Shown piece after piece: positions 46,446-55,206 of a stretch of 64,000 nucleotides of DNA. Positions within the stretch are counted from its first letter, which is position 1. Each line of letters begins with the position of its first letter. The position numbers were made by a program, and so were the translations under genes. A model generated the notes under the pieces. The model was not told the DNA's origin and ran no database searches. It saw only the letters and a program-made list of their open reading frames with translations. The stretch is from Candidatus Latescibacterota bacterium (lineage in GTDB: Bacteria; Latescibacterota; UBA2968; UBA8231): NCBI GenBank assembly GCA_965221775.1, contig CBDCSU010000006.1, forward strand, positions 1,280,001 through 1,344,000, in the 5' to 3' direction.

Positions 46446-47717
46446 TCAGACCTCGGCGAGGCCGGGGGCGGGAAAGCGGCTGCACAGGTCGCGGACCTCG
46501 GCGGCGATGCGCCGGTAGGCGGCGGAGCGCGCCTTGCGGTCGAGGCCCTCGTCGGCGCGGATGGCGGCCACGCGGTCCATCCACCCGGCGAGCTGCACCA
46601 TCTCGGCGGAGCCGAAACCGCGGCTGGTGACGGCCGGGGTCCCCAGGCGGATGCCGCTGGGCCGGCGCGCCGGCTTCGGGTCCCCCGGGATCAGGTTGTA
46701 GTTGCAGACGATGCCGGCCGCGTCCAGGGCCTTGGCCATCTGGTAGCCGGTGACCCCCTTGCCGCGCAGGTCGACGAGGAGCAGGTGGTTGTCGGTGCCC
46801 CCCGAGACCAGCTCGAAGCCGCGGCCGGCCAGGGCCTCGGCCAGGGTGCGGGCGTTGTCGACGATGGCCCGCGCGTAGGCCCGGAACTCCCCCGTGCCGG
46901 CCTCTTTGAGAGCCACGGCGATGGCCGCGGTCGTGTTGTTGTGGGGGCCCCCCTGCAGGCCGGGGAAGACGGCCTTGTCCAGGGCCTCGGCGTAGTCCCG
47001 CCGGCACAGGATCATGCCGCCCCGGGGGCCGCGCAGGGACTTGTGGGTGGTGGTGGTCACCACGTCCACGTGGGGCACCGGGCTCGGGTGCACCCCGGCG
47101 GCCACCAGTCCGCTGATGTGGGCCATGTCGGCCACCACCACGGCGCCGATTCGGCGGCCGATGGCGCCAAAGCGCTCGAAGTCGATGACGCGGGGATAGG
47201 CGGTGGCGCCGCAGAACAGCAGCTTCGGCCGGTACTGAAGGGCCAGGTCCTCGATGACCTCGTAGTCGAGGCGGCCCGTGGCGGGATCGACGCCGTACTG
47301 GACCGGCCGGTAGTGCCGCCCGGAGACGCTCACGGCGGCGCCGTGGGTGAGGTGGCCCCCCTGGTCGAGGGCCATGCCCATGACCGTGTCGCCCGGATCG
47401 GCCAGGGCCAGGTAGACGGCCTGGTTCGCCGGCGAGCCGGAGTAGGGCTGCACGTTGACGTGCTCGGCGCCGAACATCTCCCGGGCGCGGGCCACGGCCA
47501 GCTCCTCGAGGCGGTCGATCTCCTGCTGGCCCTCGTAATACCGTTGGCCGGCGTAGCCCTCGGAGTACTTGTTCGTGAGGATGGAGCCCGTCGCTTCGAG
47601 CACCGCCCGGCTGGCGTAGTTCTCCGAAGGGATCAGGCGGATCTTGGCGTGCTGGCGGGCGTTCTCGGCAGCGATGATCCCGGCGACCTCGGGATCGCAG
47701 TCGTGCAGCGCGGGCAT
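46446..47717 (-). CDS. glyA: Serine hydroxymethyltransferase
   Basis: LIPSEN, NKYSEGY, GGHLTHG, DMAH, TTTTHKSLRGPRGG, GTDNHL. Confidence 0.96.
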   Translation of the reverse strand: MPALHDCDPEVAGIIAAENARQHAKIRLIPSENYASRAVLEATGSILTNKYSEGYAGQRYYEGQQEIDRLEELAVARAREMFGAEHVNVQPYSGSPANQAVYLALADPGDTVMGMALDQGGHLTHGAAVSVSGRHYRPVQYGVDPATGRLDYEVIEDLALQYRPKLLFCGATAYPRVIDFERFGAIGRRIGAVVVADMAHISGLVAAGVHPSPVPHVDVVTTTTHKSLRGPRGGMILCRRDYAEALDKAVFPGLQGGPHNNTTAAIAVALKEAGTGEFRAYARAIVDNARTLAEALAGRGFELVSGGTDNHLLLVDLRGKGVTGYQMAKALDAAGIVCNYNLIPGDPKPARRPSGIRLGTPAVTSRGFGSAEMVQLAGWMDRVAAIRADEGLDRKARSAAYRRIAAEVRDLCSRFPAPGLAEV

Positions 47718-47795
47718 GGGCGGTTTTCCGGGATCCCGGGGCTGGACGTAGCTTGTCGATCGGATGGCGGCGCGAAACTAACCAGGGGTCGGTAC

Positions 47796-49364
47796 ATGGG
47801 CAACTTCCTCGGACTCGACTGCAGCACCCAGTCGATGACCGGCCTGGTCATCGACACCGACGCCGGCGCTCTCCTGGCCGAGGAGTCGATCGGCTTCGAC
47901 GAGCACTTCGCCGGCCGCTACGGCGTCGACAAGGGCGTCCTCGACCTCGGCGGCGGCCGCGTCCACTCGCCGCCGCTGATGTGGGCGGAAGCCCTGGAGC
48001 GGTTGTGCGCGCGCCTGCGCGACACCGGCGTCGATCTCGGCCGGATCGAGGCGATCGCCGGCAGCGGCCAGCAGCACGGCACCGTCTACCTCAACGAGGC
48101 AGCCGCGGGCGTTCTCGGCGGCCTCGACCCCGACCACGACCTGGCGGAGCAGCTGGCCGGGGTGTTCTCGCGGCCCACGGCGCCGATCTGGATGGATACC
48201 TCCACCGGCGAGCAGTGCCGCCAGATCGAGGCCGGCGTCGGCGGCCGCAGCCGGCTGCTGGAGCTGACCGGCAACACCGCCTTCGAGCGCTTCAGCGGCC
48301 CCCAGATCCGCCGCTTCTGGCAGGACGAGCCGGAGGCCTGGGAGCGCACCAGCTGCATCTGCCTGGTCAGCTCCTTCGTCGCCAGCCTTCTGGCCGGGCG
48401 GCTGGTCCCCGTCGATCCCGGGGACAGCAGCGGAACCAATTTGATGGACATCCGGACCCGCCGCTGGAGCCCGGCGGCTCTCGAGGCCACCGCTCCCGAC
48501 CTGGGGCGCCGCCTGCTGCCGGTCATCCCCTCCGACGCGGTAGCCGGCACCCTGAGCCCGTTCTGGAACGGCCGCTTCGGGTTCCCGCCCGGGTGCCGGG
48601 TGATTCCCTTCTCCGGCGACAACCCCTGCAGCCTCATCGGCCTCGGCCTGCTGCAGCCGGGCCAGGCGGCCCTGAGCCTGGGCACCAGCGACACCCTCTT
48701 CGCCTGCCTCGACGCGCCACGGCCGCCGGTCACCGGCGAGGGCGCCCTCTTCGCCTCCCCCGACGGCGCCCACTACATGGCGCTCATCTGTTTCCTCAAC
48801 GGCAGCCTGGCGCGGGAGGCCGTGCGCGACCTCTACCGCCTCGACTGGTCCGGCTTCTCCGCGGGGCTGGCGGCGACGCCCCCCGGCAACGGCGGCGCCC
48901 TCATGCTGCCCTGGTTCGACGAGGAGATCGTCCCCCGCGTGACCCGGCCCGGCGTCGTGCGCCAGGACCTCGACGAGAGCGATGCGGCCGCCAACGTCCG
49001 CGCCGTCATCGAGGCCCAGGCCCTGTCGTCGAGGATCCACTCCGAGTGGATGGGGGTGGAGATCCGCTCCCTGCGCGTCACCGGCGGCGCCTCGGAGAAC
49101 GAGCAGATCCTGCGCGTCTTCGCCGACGTCCACGGCTGCCCCGTGCAGCGGCTGGGCACAACGAACGCCGCGGCCCTGGGCGCGGCCCTGATGGCGGCCC
49201 ACGGTCACCCCGGGGCGTCAGGGGAGGAGCGGTCCTGGGAGGAGGTGACGGCGCCCTTCACCGGGGCGGGAACGCCGATCGAACCGGACCCGGCGAACCG
49301 GGGGATCTACGATGGATTGCTGGAGGGGTACCGGGAGTTGGAGGAGCGGTGCGCGGAGGGCTGA
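47796..49364 (+). CDS. xylB: FGGY carbohydrate kinase, xylulokinase of the eukaryote-like subtype
   Basis: GLDCSTQS, SGQQHGTVY, WMDTST, ERFSGPQI, LVSSFVASLL, GDNP, SLGTSDT, TGGAS. Confidence 0.8.
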   Translation: MGNFLGLDCSTQSMTGLVIDTDAGALLAEESIGFDEHFAGRYGVDKGVLDLGGGRVHSPPLMWAEALERLCARLRDTGVDLGRIEAIAGSGQQHGTVYLNEAAAGVLGGLDPDHDLAEQLAGVFSRPTAPIWMDTSTGEQCRQIEAGVGGRSRLLELTGNTAFERFSGPQIRRFWQDEPEAWERTSCICLVSSFVASLLAGRLVPVDPGDSSGTNLMDIRTRRWSPAALEATAPDLGRRLLPVIPSDAVAGTLSPFWNGRFGFPPGCRVIPFSGDNPCSLIGLGLLQPGQAALSLGTSDTLFACLDAPRPPVTGEGALFASPDGAHYMALICFLNGSLAREAVRDLYRLDWSGFSAGLAATPPGNGGALMLPWFDEEIVPRVTRPGVVRQDLDESDAAANVRAVIEAQALSSRIHSEWMGVEIRSLRVTGGASENEQILRVFADVHGCPVQRLGTTNAAALGAALMAAHGHPGASGEERSWEEVTAPFTGAGTPIEPDPANRGIYDGLLEGYRELEERCAEG

Positions 49365-49422
49365 GGATCGCGTGGCGGTCTCGGAGGCGGATCGCTGGCA
49401 CATTGGCGAGGAGAAGCAACCA

Positions 49423-49605
49423 ATGAGCACCATCAACGTGATATCCAGGTGGGATGCCGAGGCCGAAGTGTGGGTAGCGACGAGCCCGGAGATTCCGGGA
49501 TTGATTCTGGAGGCTGAGACTTCGGAGGGTATTGTCGAGGAAGCTCAACGTATGGTCCCCGAATTGCTCCAGCTCAGGCGCGATGCGGGAGTGCAGGGTT
49601 TTTGA
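49423..49605 (+). CDS. DUF1902 (HicB-like) antitoxin, possibly truncated
   Basis: WDAEAEVWVATSPEIPGLILEAET...PELL; GAGGAG RBS. Confidence 0.75.
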   Translation: MSTINVISRWDAEAEVWVATSPEIPGLILEAETSEGIVEEAQRMVPELLQLRRDAGVQGF

Positions 49606-49625
49606 GATAGCGTGAAGGGTCATCA

Positions 49626-49784
49626 ATGCCAGACTTCACGCGACTCACCATGCAAATGCTCCGCAGGGCAGGATGCTCAAAGCTGCGTGACGGCAAACAT
49701 GAGATCTGGCACAGTCCGAAGATACAATCGCGTCACACATCCAGTGAGGTCCTGAAATAGTCCGGACTGGAAAGAGCCTTCTGA
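49626..49784 (+). pseudogene. hicA: HicA-family mRNA interferase toxin pseudogene
   Basis: MPDFTRLTMQMLRRAGCSKLRDGKHEIWHSPKIQSRHTSSEVLK*SGLERAF*; in-frame TAG at 49758-49760 and shortened core; absent from the ORF track. Confidence 0.75.
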
Positions 49785-49845
49785 GCCCCTTCGAGTTCCG
49801 TCAATCCTACTCAAGAGGTTCCGCTCCTCGTCCCAAAAAGGAGGA

Positions 49846-50718
49846 TCACCAAAACTCCTTGTAACAAGGGCGGCAGAGGGGCTTTGCGTAGGTCGTGTCC
49901 GTCTCTCTTCCGCAACCGTGACAGTACTTCTCCTCGTAGTCGAGGTTCTTGTACCTGCTCCACTTCATGTAGCAGCCATCGCACAGAGGCTCCTCCACGT
50001 TCAGTTCCACTGACCGGGCGCACCGCACACAGTAGCCCTTGGTCAGGAAATGATCCTTGATGCCCTGCACTATGCTGCCAAGCAACGTCGCGGGGCCCTC
50101 CTGTTCCTTGCGCTCCCCCCTGCTTCGGCTTCCTCGCGCCGCCGGTGCACTGAGCAATCTCGGGTCGATGGGCGGGTCAGCCGGGTGTCTTTCCTGCTGC
50201 GGCAAGTAACGGGCGTGTTCCCTCCTGAACTCAATGTCGGTACTCGTGCCTTTGGCTCGGTTGCAAACGCCACAGGCCAACTGGAGATTTCGGATGTTGT
50301 CCTGGCCGCCGCTGGCCTTCGGAATCATGTGCTCCATCTGGAGTTGGTTGTACGGGTACACATTCCCGCAGTAGACGCACTTTTCTTGTTGCTGGTCGAA
50401 CAACTGCCGCTTGTCTTGCGCCTTCGGGTCATCTTCCAGTAGAGCCTTGCGTTCGTCAAAGGTTCTTGCTCCGGCCAAATCGTACCTGCGGGGCTCCTGC
50501 GTATCTGCCGTGGGCTTCGTGGTGCTCTTGTGCATCGCTTTGGCCTTCTTGTTACACTCGATGCAGAGGGGGTAATTCGAGTCCTTGTACAGGCCACACT
50601 GTGGACACTCATCGATAACCCCTTCTTCGCTTTCCTCCCAGTGTTCTCGGCACAGATGATGGCCTCTCCGTATTTCTTGATTGCAGGATTGTTCCTTGCA
50701 GATGTTCGGTGTCGGCAT
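49846..50718 (-). CDS. HNH endonuclease flanked by paired Cys/His zinc-finger-like modules
   Basis: CVYCG...EHMIP..GG...NLQLACGVCNRAKG; N-terminal CxxxxC..CxxH, CxxC..CxxC; C-terminal CxxC x4. Confidence 0.8.
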   Translation of the reverse strand: MPTPNICKEQSCNQEIRRGHHLCREHWEESEEGVIDECPQCGLYKDSNYPLCIECNKKAKAMHKSTTKPTADTQEPRRYDLAGARTFDERKALLEDDPKAQDKRQLFDQQQEKCVYCGNVYPYNQLQMEHMIPKASGGQDNIRNLQLACGVCNRAKGTSTDIEFRREHARYLPQQERHPADPPIDPRLLSAPAARGSRSRGERKEQEGPATLLGSIVQGIKDHFLTKGYCVRCARSVELNVEEPLCDGCYMKWSRYKNLDYEEKYCHGCGRETDTTYAKPLCRPCYKEFW

Positions 50719-50771
50719 AGGTAGTCTCTAGTCTTGGAGTGGTGTAGTCGTCAACGCGACCTGCCCCCGGC

Positions 50772-50998
50772 TCAGTCCAACTCCACCGTCAGCAGGCTCG
50801 CCGGCCAAGGGTGCCCCTCCAGGGAGATGGCGGACTCCTCGGCGAAGTGCAGCAGGGAGCAGACGCAGTTGCTCGCACTCTCGCCCGGCCAGGGGCCGCC
50901 CGCGAGCGTCCACGAGGGGTCGCGGGCCACGTGGCCAGCCCGGGTGAAGCGGGCCTCCATTACCGGCAGCTTTTCGTCGTAGGGCGGTGGTTGGCGCG
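50772..50998 (-). pseudogene. Decayed duplicate of the 3' half of gene 52232..52834
   Basis: PPYDEKLPVMEARFTRAGHVARDPSW...GPWPGESASNCVCSLLHFAEESAI...SLLTVELD* mirrors the intact gene, with two internal deletions. Confidence 0.85.
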
Positions 50999-51000
50999 TT

Positions 51001-52107
51001 CTATCGATGGGAACGGGGATGGAGTCCGCCGCCATATTCGCGATCCAGATCGCGGTAGATCGTGTGCACATGATCCGCAGGGTTACCACTACTGCTGCCG
51101 CCTCGCGCGTCATTCGCATATTCGATGATGATCGACGGCCCCTGTATGGAGTAGGAAACATCGCTTCCGGCTACAAGCGGGCCGTTCCAGGCGAACCATG
51201 TCTCATCAAGCGCATCGAGGAACCGCTCCTTCTGCGCTCGTGCATGGTCCGGTGGCATGAGATCGAACCACTGCGCTGCCAAGGCCAGGATCTTTCCCTT
51301 CTGCTCCTCATTCAGCGATTTGCAGCGTATGCCGACAGGCTCTGGGACGGTGCCATTCCACCTGGCCCCGACCCGCATGGCACCGCGCTGCCCGCTGATC
51401 ACGGCCAGAGTCCGTTGCTCTGGCGTAAGGTTGCCCACGAACTCAAACGCAAGTTCCGTCTCTTTGGCCATGGGTCGCATCTCTACGCCCGCGACGGTGA
51501 ATTCCTGGGGAAACGTGCCGATGAAACTCGGCGATATGGAATACGCTTCGCCATCAAGCGTAATGTTTAGCGCGACATGATGCCCGTCCAGTTGCACCGC
51601 CCATCGCGACGCTGCCGATGGCACGCCGAAGACCGAAAAGCGGAATGCCTCGATTCCGACCCCCGTGTTTATCTTGCCGTCGATATAGGCGCGCAGATCG
51701 TCCCCCAGCATGACATCTCGTATCTTGTTGTAGCCCTTCTCGCTGAGCATGGCCATGAGAAGTTCCAGGAGTGCGCGGATCTGGTCATCCTTCAGATCGC
51801 CCAGGGCAATACCTCCGACATCCCCGCGTGCCGGGGCATTGGTCCACCTGGTTCTCTCGACACTCATCAATTCGTATTGCGCGGATCGTCTCTGTGTGTC
51901 GTTCAGCGTCACAAGGAAACGGTTCGCCCTGCGCGCCATATTCTCGGGCGAGTGATCCGGCCGGTTCGGCCGATAGGTGCCCAGGATGGCGCCGGCACGG
52001 GATTCATATCCCGAAGCATGCACGGCGGTGCCAACTCCAATGCCGCCTATCGCGACTGTCACCGAAAAGACCATGCAAGAACAAGCCAATGCGAGTGAAA
52101 GCCTCAT
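51001..52107 (-). CDS. DUF3500 family secreted protein
   Basis: Signal peptide; RTRWTN, LSEKGYNK, FGVP, DGHHVALN, PSFIG, FAWNG, IQGPSIIIEY, HVHTIYRD...YG. Confidence 0.85.
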   Translation of the reverse strand: MRLSLALACSCMVFSVTVAIGGIGVGTAVHASGYESRAGAILGTYRPNRPDHSPENMARRANRFLVTLNDTQRRSAQYELMSVERTRWTNAPARGDVGGIALGDLKDDQIRALLELLMAMLSEKGYNKIRDVMLGDDLRAYIDGKINTGVGIEAFRFSVFGVPSAASRWAVQLDGHHVALNITLDGEAYSISPSFIGTFPQEFTVAGVEMRPMAKETELAFEFVGNLTPEQRTLAVISGQRGAMRVGARWNGTVPEPVGIRCKSLNEEQKGKILALAAQWFDLMPPDHARAQKERFLDALDETWFAWNGPLVAGSDVSYSIQGPSIIIEYANDARGGSSSGNPADHVHTIYRDLDREYGGGLHPRSHR

Positions 52108-52231
52108 TGCACCTCCGTCGGTTCGCCGGGCGTCGCCGGCTCCGTGCGCCAACAGCCGGCGCCCTCGCTGCTGCCGGCCACTCACGCCGTCCCCCCAGGC
52201 TCCAGGCTTGGCGGCAGATAGACCGCCCCGC

Positions 52232-52834
52232 TCAGTCCAGCTCCACCGTCAGCAGGCTCTCCGAGATGGCGAAGACGCAGGAGCTGCGGTCGCCGCCGAT
52301 GGAGGGCCGCCAGATGTCCCGCAGATAGGGCTCGCCGGCCACGGCGCGTCCGTCCAGGGTGATGGAGGACTCGTCGGCGAAGTGCAGCAGGGAGCAGACG
52401 TAGTTGCTGGCGCTGTCGCCCGGCCAGGGGCCGGCGGCGATCACCACCGGGTGGATCCGCCCCCAACTTGCCGTGATCTGGCGGCCGGCGGCGGCGATCG
52501 TCCACGAGGGGTCGCGGGTCACGTGGCCGGCCTGGGTGAAGCGAGCCTCCACCACGGGCAACTCTTCATCATAGGGCGGGTGGCTGGCCCCTTGGACGAC
52601 CCGGTCGCGGACGAAGGCGGCCAGCTCGCGGTTGTCCGTGCACAGGCCCTTGAAAGCGGGACCACCGCCGTCGTCGATGACGACGAAGGCGACGAAGCCG
52701 TGGCCGGCCTCGGTGTAGCGCATGTTGTAGAGGCTGACCATGCCGCAGTCCGCCGCGGCGCCGGGCCGGCGCAGATAGCTGATCCAGTGCTCGCCGGACC
52801 AGTTGACTCTTCCCTGCAGAACCAGGTCGGTCAT
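52232..52834 (-). CDS. Hypothetical protein (200 aa)
   Basis: ATG 52834 overlaps cupin stop; high-GC codon usage; MTDLVLQGRVNWSGEHW... Confidence 0.7.
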   Translation of the reverse strand: MTDLVLQGRVNWSGEHWISYLRRPGAAADCGMVSLYNMRYTEAGHGFVAFVVIDDGGGPAFKGLCTDNRELAAFVRDRVVQGASHPPYDEELPVVEARFTQAGHVTRDPSWTIAAAGRQITASWGRIHPVVIAAGPWPGDSASNYVCSLLHFADESSITLDGRAVAGEPYLRDIWRPSIGGDRSSCVFAISESLLTVELD

Positions 52835-53499
52835 GGGTCGATGAAGTCGTCCACGAAACGGGTGTACTGCTGCGGCTTCGGTTTGTCCGCGTCCTCGGCC
52901 TTCACGTAGGTGATTGTGGTGCGCCCCTTGTAGGCACGGGGCACCGCCATGGCGCGCACGAAGCTCGTCGGCTCGTCGGAAGCGCGGGCGTAGATCGGGT
53001 CGGGACCGCGCTCGAACCAGGTCTCCCCGGGCCGCACCATCCACTCCTGGCTGTCCTCCACCCGCACCATCAGCTCGCCCCGCAGCAGGCAGCGCAGCCC
53101 CGGCCCTGAGTGGACGTGGGTGTAGGCGATGCCGCCGGGCGGGAAGTCGACGCGGTCGCAGCGCATCATCCACTCCTCTGCCGGGTCCAGCTCCAGGCCG
53201 TGGGACGCCTTGAGGACGCAGGTCGCCTCCTCGCCCTCGGCTCGCCATCCGCCCTCGCCGCGCACCATCTCCCAGCGCCACAGGGTGGCCCCGCCGGCGC
53301 CGGCCCTCACGGCGCAGGCCTCGGCCCCGAAGCGCGCCGAGTTCTCCTCCAGCTCCTGGCGGCCGCCGCCCGATGGCGCGACCTCCGCGCCGCCATGGGC
53401 CACGTAAGTGACGCGGAACCCGGCCAGCGCCGGGACGGCGATCCGGGCGCCGGGGGCCAGCTCGTCCTCCACCAGCCGCAGGTCGTAGTCCTTGATCAT
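52831..53499 (-). CDS. Cupin domain protein
   Basis: VDFPPGGIAYTHVHSGPGLRCLLRGEL, PGETWFE. Confidence 0.8.
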   Translation of the reverse strand: MIKDYDLRLVEDELAPGARIAVPALAGFRVTYVAHGGAEVAPSGGGRQELEENSARFGAEACAVRAGAGGATLWRWEMVRGEGGWRAEGEEATCVLKASHGLELDPAEEWMMRCDRVDFPPGGIAYTHVHSGPGLRCLLRGELMVRVEDSQEWMVRPGETWFERGPDPIYARASDEPTSFVRAMAVPRAYKGRTTITYVKAEDADKPKPQQYTRFVDDFIDP

Positions 53500-53502
53500 C
53501 GG

Positions 53503-54645
53503 TTACTCCACTGAAACCCTGGCCCAGCGGGCGCTCGCGACCTCGTGATCGCCCGCGTACCAGACGACGAAGACCTCCCCGTTGGGCAGCAGCGCCGCGC
53601 GGGGATGGCCGAAACGCCAGCTCTCCATGTCGCTCCACAGATCGGCATCGGACCGCCGGACCCCGACCCCTGATTCGGTGCCCTCGCTGCTGTCGTAGAC
53701 CACCAGGTCGCGGGAGCGGTCCCAGCCCCGGCCGAAGTCCTCGCTGATGGAGAGGACGATCCCGGGCGGGTCCCGGCGGCGCGGGTACGCCACCAGCAGG
53801 CGGTCGCCGCCGAGGGAGAGGGGCTGGCTGTGCTGTCCGGGCAGGCCCGTGGACCGCGGCTCCGACCACTCGCGGCCGTCCGCCGATCCCCAGGCGATGT
53901 GGCTGTCCACGTCCTGGCCGGCGTCGAAGTCGTGGGTCCAGAACATGGCCACCAGTCGGCCGCTCTCCGGGTGCGTCTCCAGCCGCTGGTCCCAGTAGGC
54001 CATGCGGTGCTCCGGGTGGCGGCCCACGGTGGCATACTCGGGCCAGGTGGCGCCGCCGTCGAAGGAGAACCGCAGGAGGGCGCCGGGCTTCCCCGGCGTG
54101 GGGTCGTCGTACTCCTTCCAGTGCTCGTACGGCTGGGCCAGGACGCCGCCGGGCAGGGGCATCACCGCGTGGGTGCAGGTCGACGCCCCCGGATGGGGGC
54201 TCGTCTCCATCGCCCGCGGCGGGCTCCAGGTGCGCGCCCCATCGGTGGAGGTGGCGTGCACGACGCGCATGGGCAGCAGCCCCTGGGTCCGCGGGTTGAC
54301 GAAGGGCCGCTCCGGCCGCGAGCGGTCGACGAGCAGGGAGGTGGAGATGAACTCGCCCGGGGCCAGCTCGGTGAGGGCCAGGCACTTGTTCTCGCCGGGA
54401 CCGCCGTCCCAGTCCCAGCGGCCGTGGCCGTCGTGGCGCATCTCCCAGGTCTCGCCGAGGTCGCGGCTGGCGAAGATGCAGGGATGGCCGTCGAGGGACT
54501 CGCGCTGGCTGCCCCAGCGTCCGGTGACGTAGAGGGTGCCGTCCCGGGCGAGGTAGGCCGTGGTGAAGGCGCAGGACCTTCGGTGCGGCGGCCCTGCGCG
54601 GCCGTCGTGGACGCAGCCTGACGCGGTGATCTTCATCGACAACAA
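53503..54645 (-). CDS. Sialidase/BNR (Asp-box) family protein
   Basis: SRDLGETW, STDGARTW, SFDGGATW, SADGREW, SEDFGRGW, FGHP. Confidence 0.82.
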   Translation of the reverse strand: MLSMKITASGCVHDGRAGPPHRRSCAFTTAYLARDGTLYVTGRWGSQRESLDGHPCIFASRDLGETWEMRHDGHGRWDWDGGPGENKCLALTELAPGEFISTSLLVDRSRPERPFVNPRTQGLLPMRVVHATSTDGARTWSPPRAMETSPHPGASTCTHAVMPLPGGVLAQPYEHWKEYDDPTPGKPGALLRFSFDGGATWPEYATVGRHPEHRMAYWDQRLETHPESGRLVAMFWTHDFDAGQDVDSHIAWGSADGREWSEPRSTGLPGQHSQPLSLGGDRLLVAYPRRRDPPGIVLSISEDFGRGWDRSRDLVVYDSSEGTESGVGVRRSDADLWSDMESWRFGHPRAALLPNGEVFVVWYAGDHEVASARWARVSVE

Positions 54646-54705
54646 CGCTCCGCAGTTAGGCCGGTGGGCTCAACGTAGATGCAACGTCGACACCAAGCCA
54701 AATGG

Positions 54706-54951
54706 CTAATTCTCATCCCTCTTGGTGACTGTGGCTAGAAACTCATCCAGCAGCCGTACTCGGGCGGGGATCACCCCCGCTATTCTACTTGCGGGCACGC
54801 AACGCCTAAAGCGGCGCTGGAGACCGGCCCCCTTATAGGGGACCTCTTGCAGCACACCTCCGTCAATCATCTTGGGCAACATGAGTTCGATGAACTGATG
54901 GGCATCATTTCCGAATTTCTGCCTCAAGACACCCCCGTTCAACTGCGTAGA
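54706..54951 (-). pseudogene. Orphan C-terminal fragment of an unidentified larger gene, fused to an IS relic
   Basis: Lower-GC open frame STQLNGGVLRQKFG...LQEVPYKGAGLQRRFR...DEN* with no proper start; begins where the IS fragment ends. Confidence 0.45.
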
Positions 54952-55112
54952 CCTGATCGACGAACCGCTCTGCATGCAAGGTCGCCAGCACACAGTCGCG
55001 CTCGGCCGGCGCCAGGGCGCGAGGCGAACGGCGCGGCGACGGGGCCAGCCGCGCCCTTGGCGGCTGACGCTGCCGGTAGACCGAGGCGTGGGCCGCCCCC
55101 AGAGCGCGGCTG
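54952..55112 (-). mobile_element. IS3-family transposase OrfB N-terminal fragment
   Basis: Minus strand reads RALGAAHASVYRQRQPP...PRALAPAERDCVLATLHAERFVDQ; DNA resembles gtgctggcgacctgcacgaagaccggttcgtcgatcagg in the relic at 57.1 kb. Confidence 0.75.
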
Positions 55113-55206
55113 TCCTCCCCTTGGGTTACGGTTTAGGCAGATGGGCGGTACGAAGGTAGATGCGTAGGCGCCTGCCGGGGTTGCGGCGTTCGACTTTATC
55201 CTCAAG

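Noticed and set aside
47718-47795. ZTP or THF riboswitch upstream of glyA
   Set aside because: Only a 78-bp divergent gap with no recognisable consensus.
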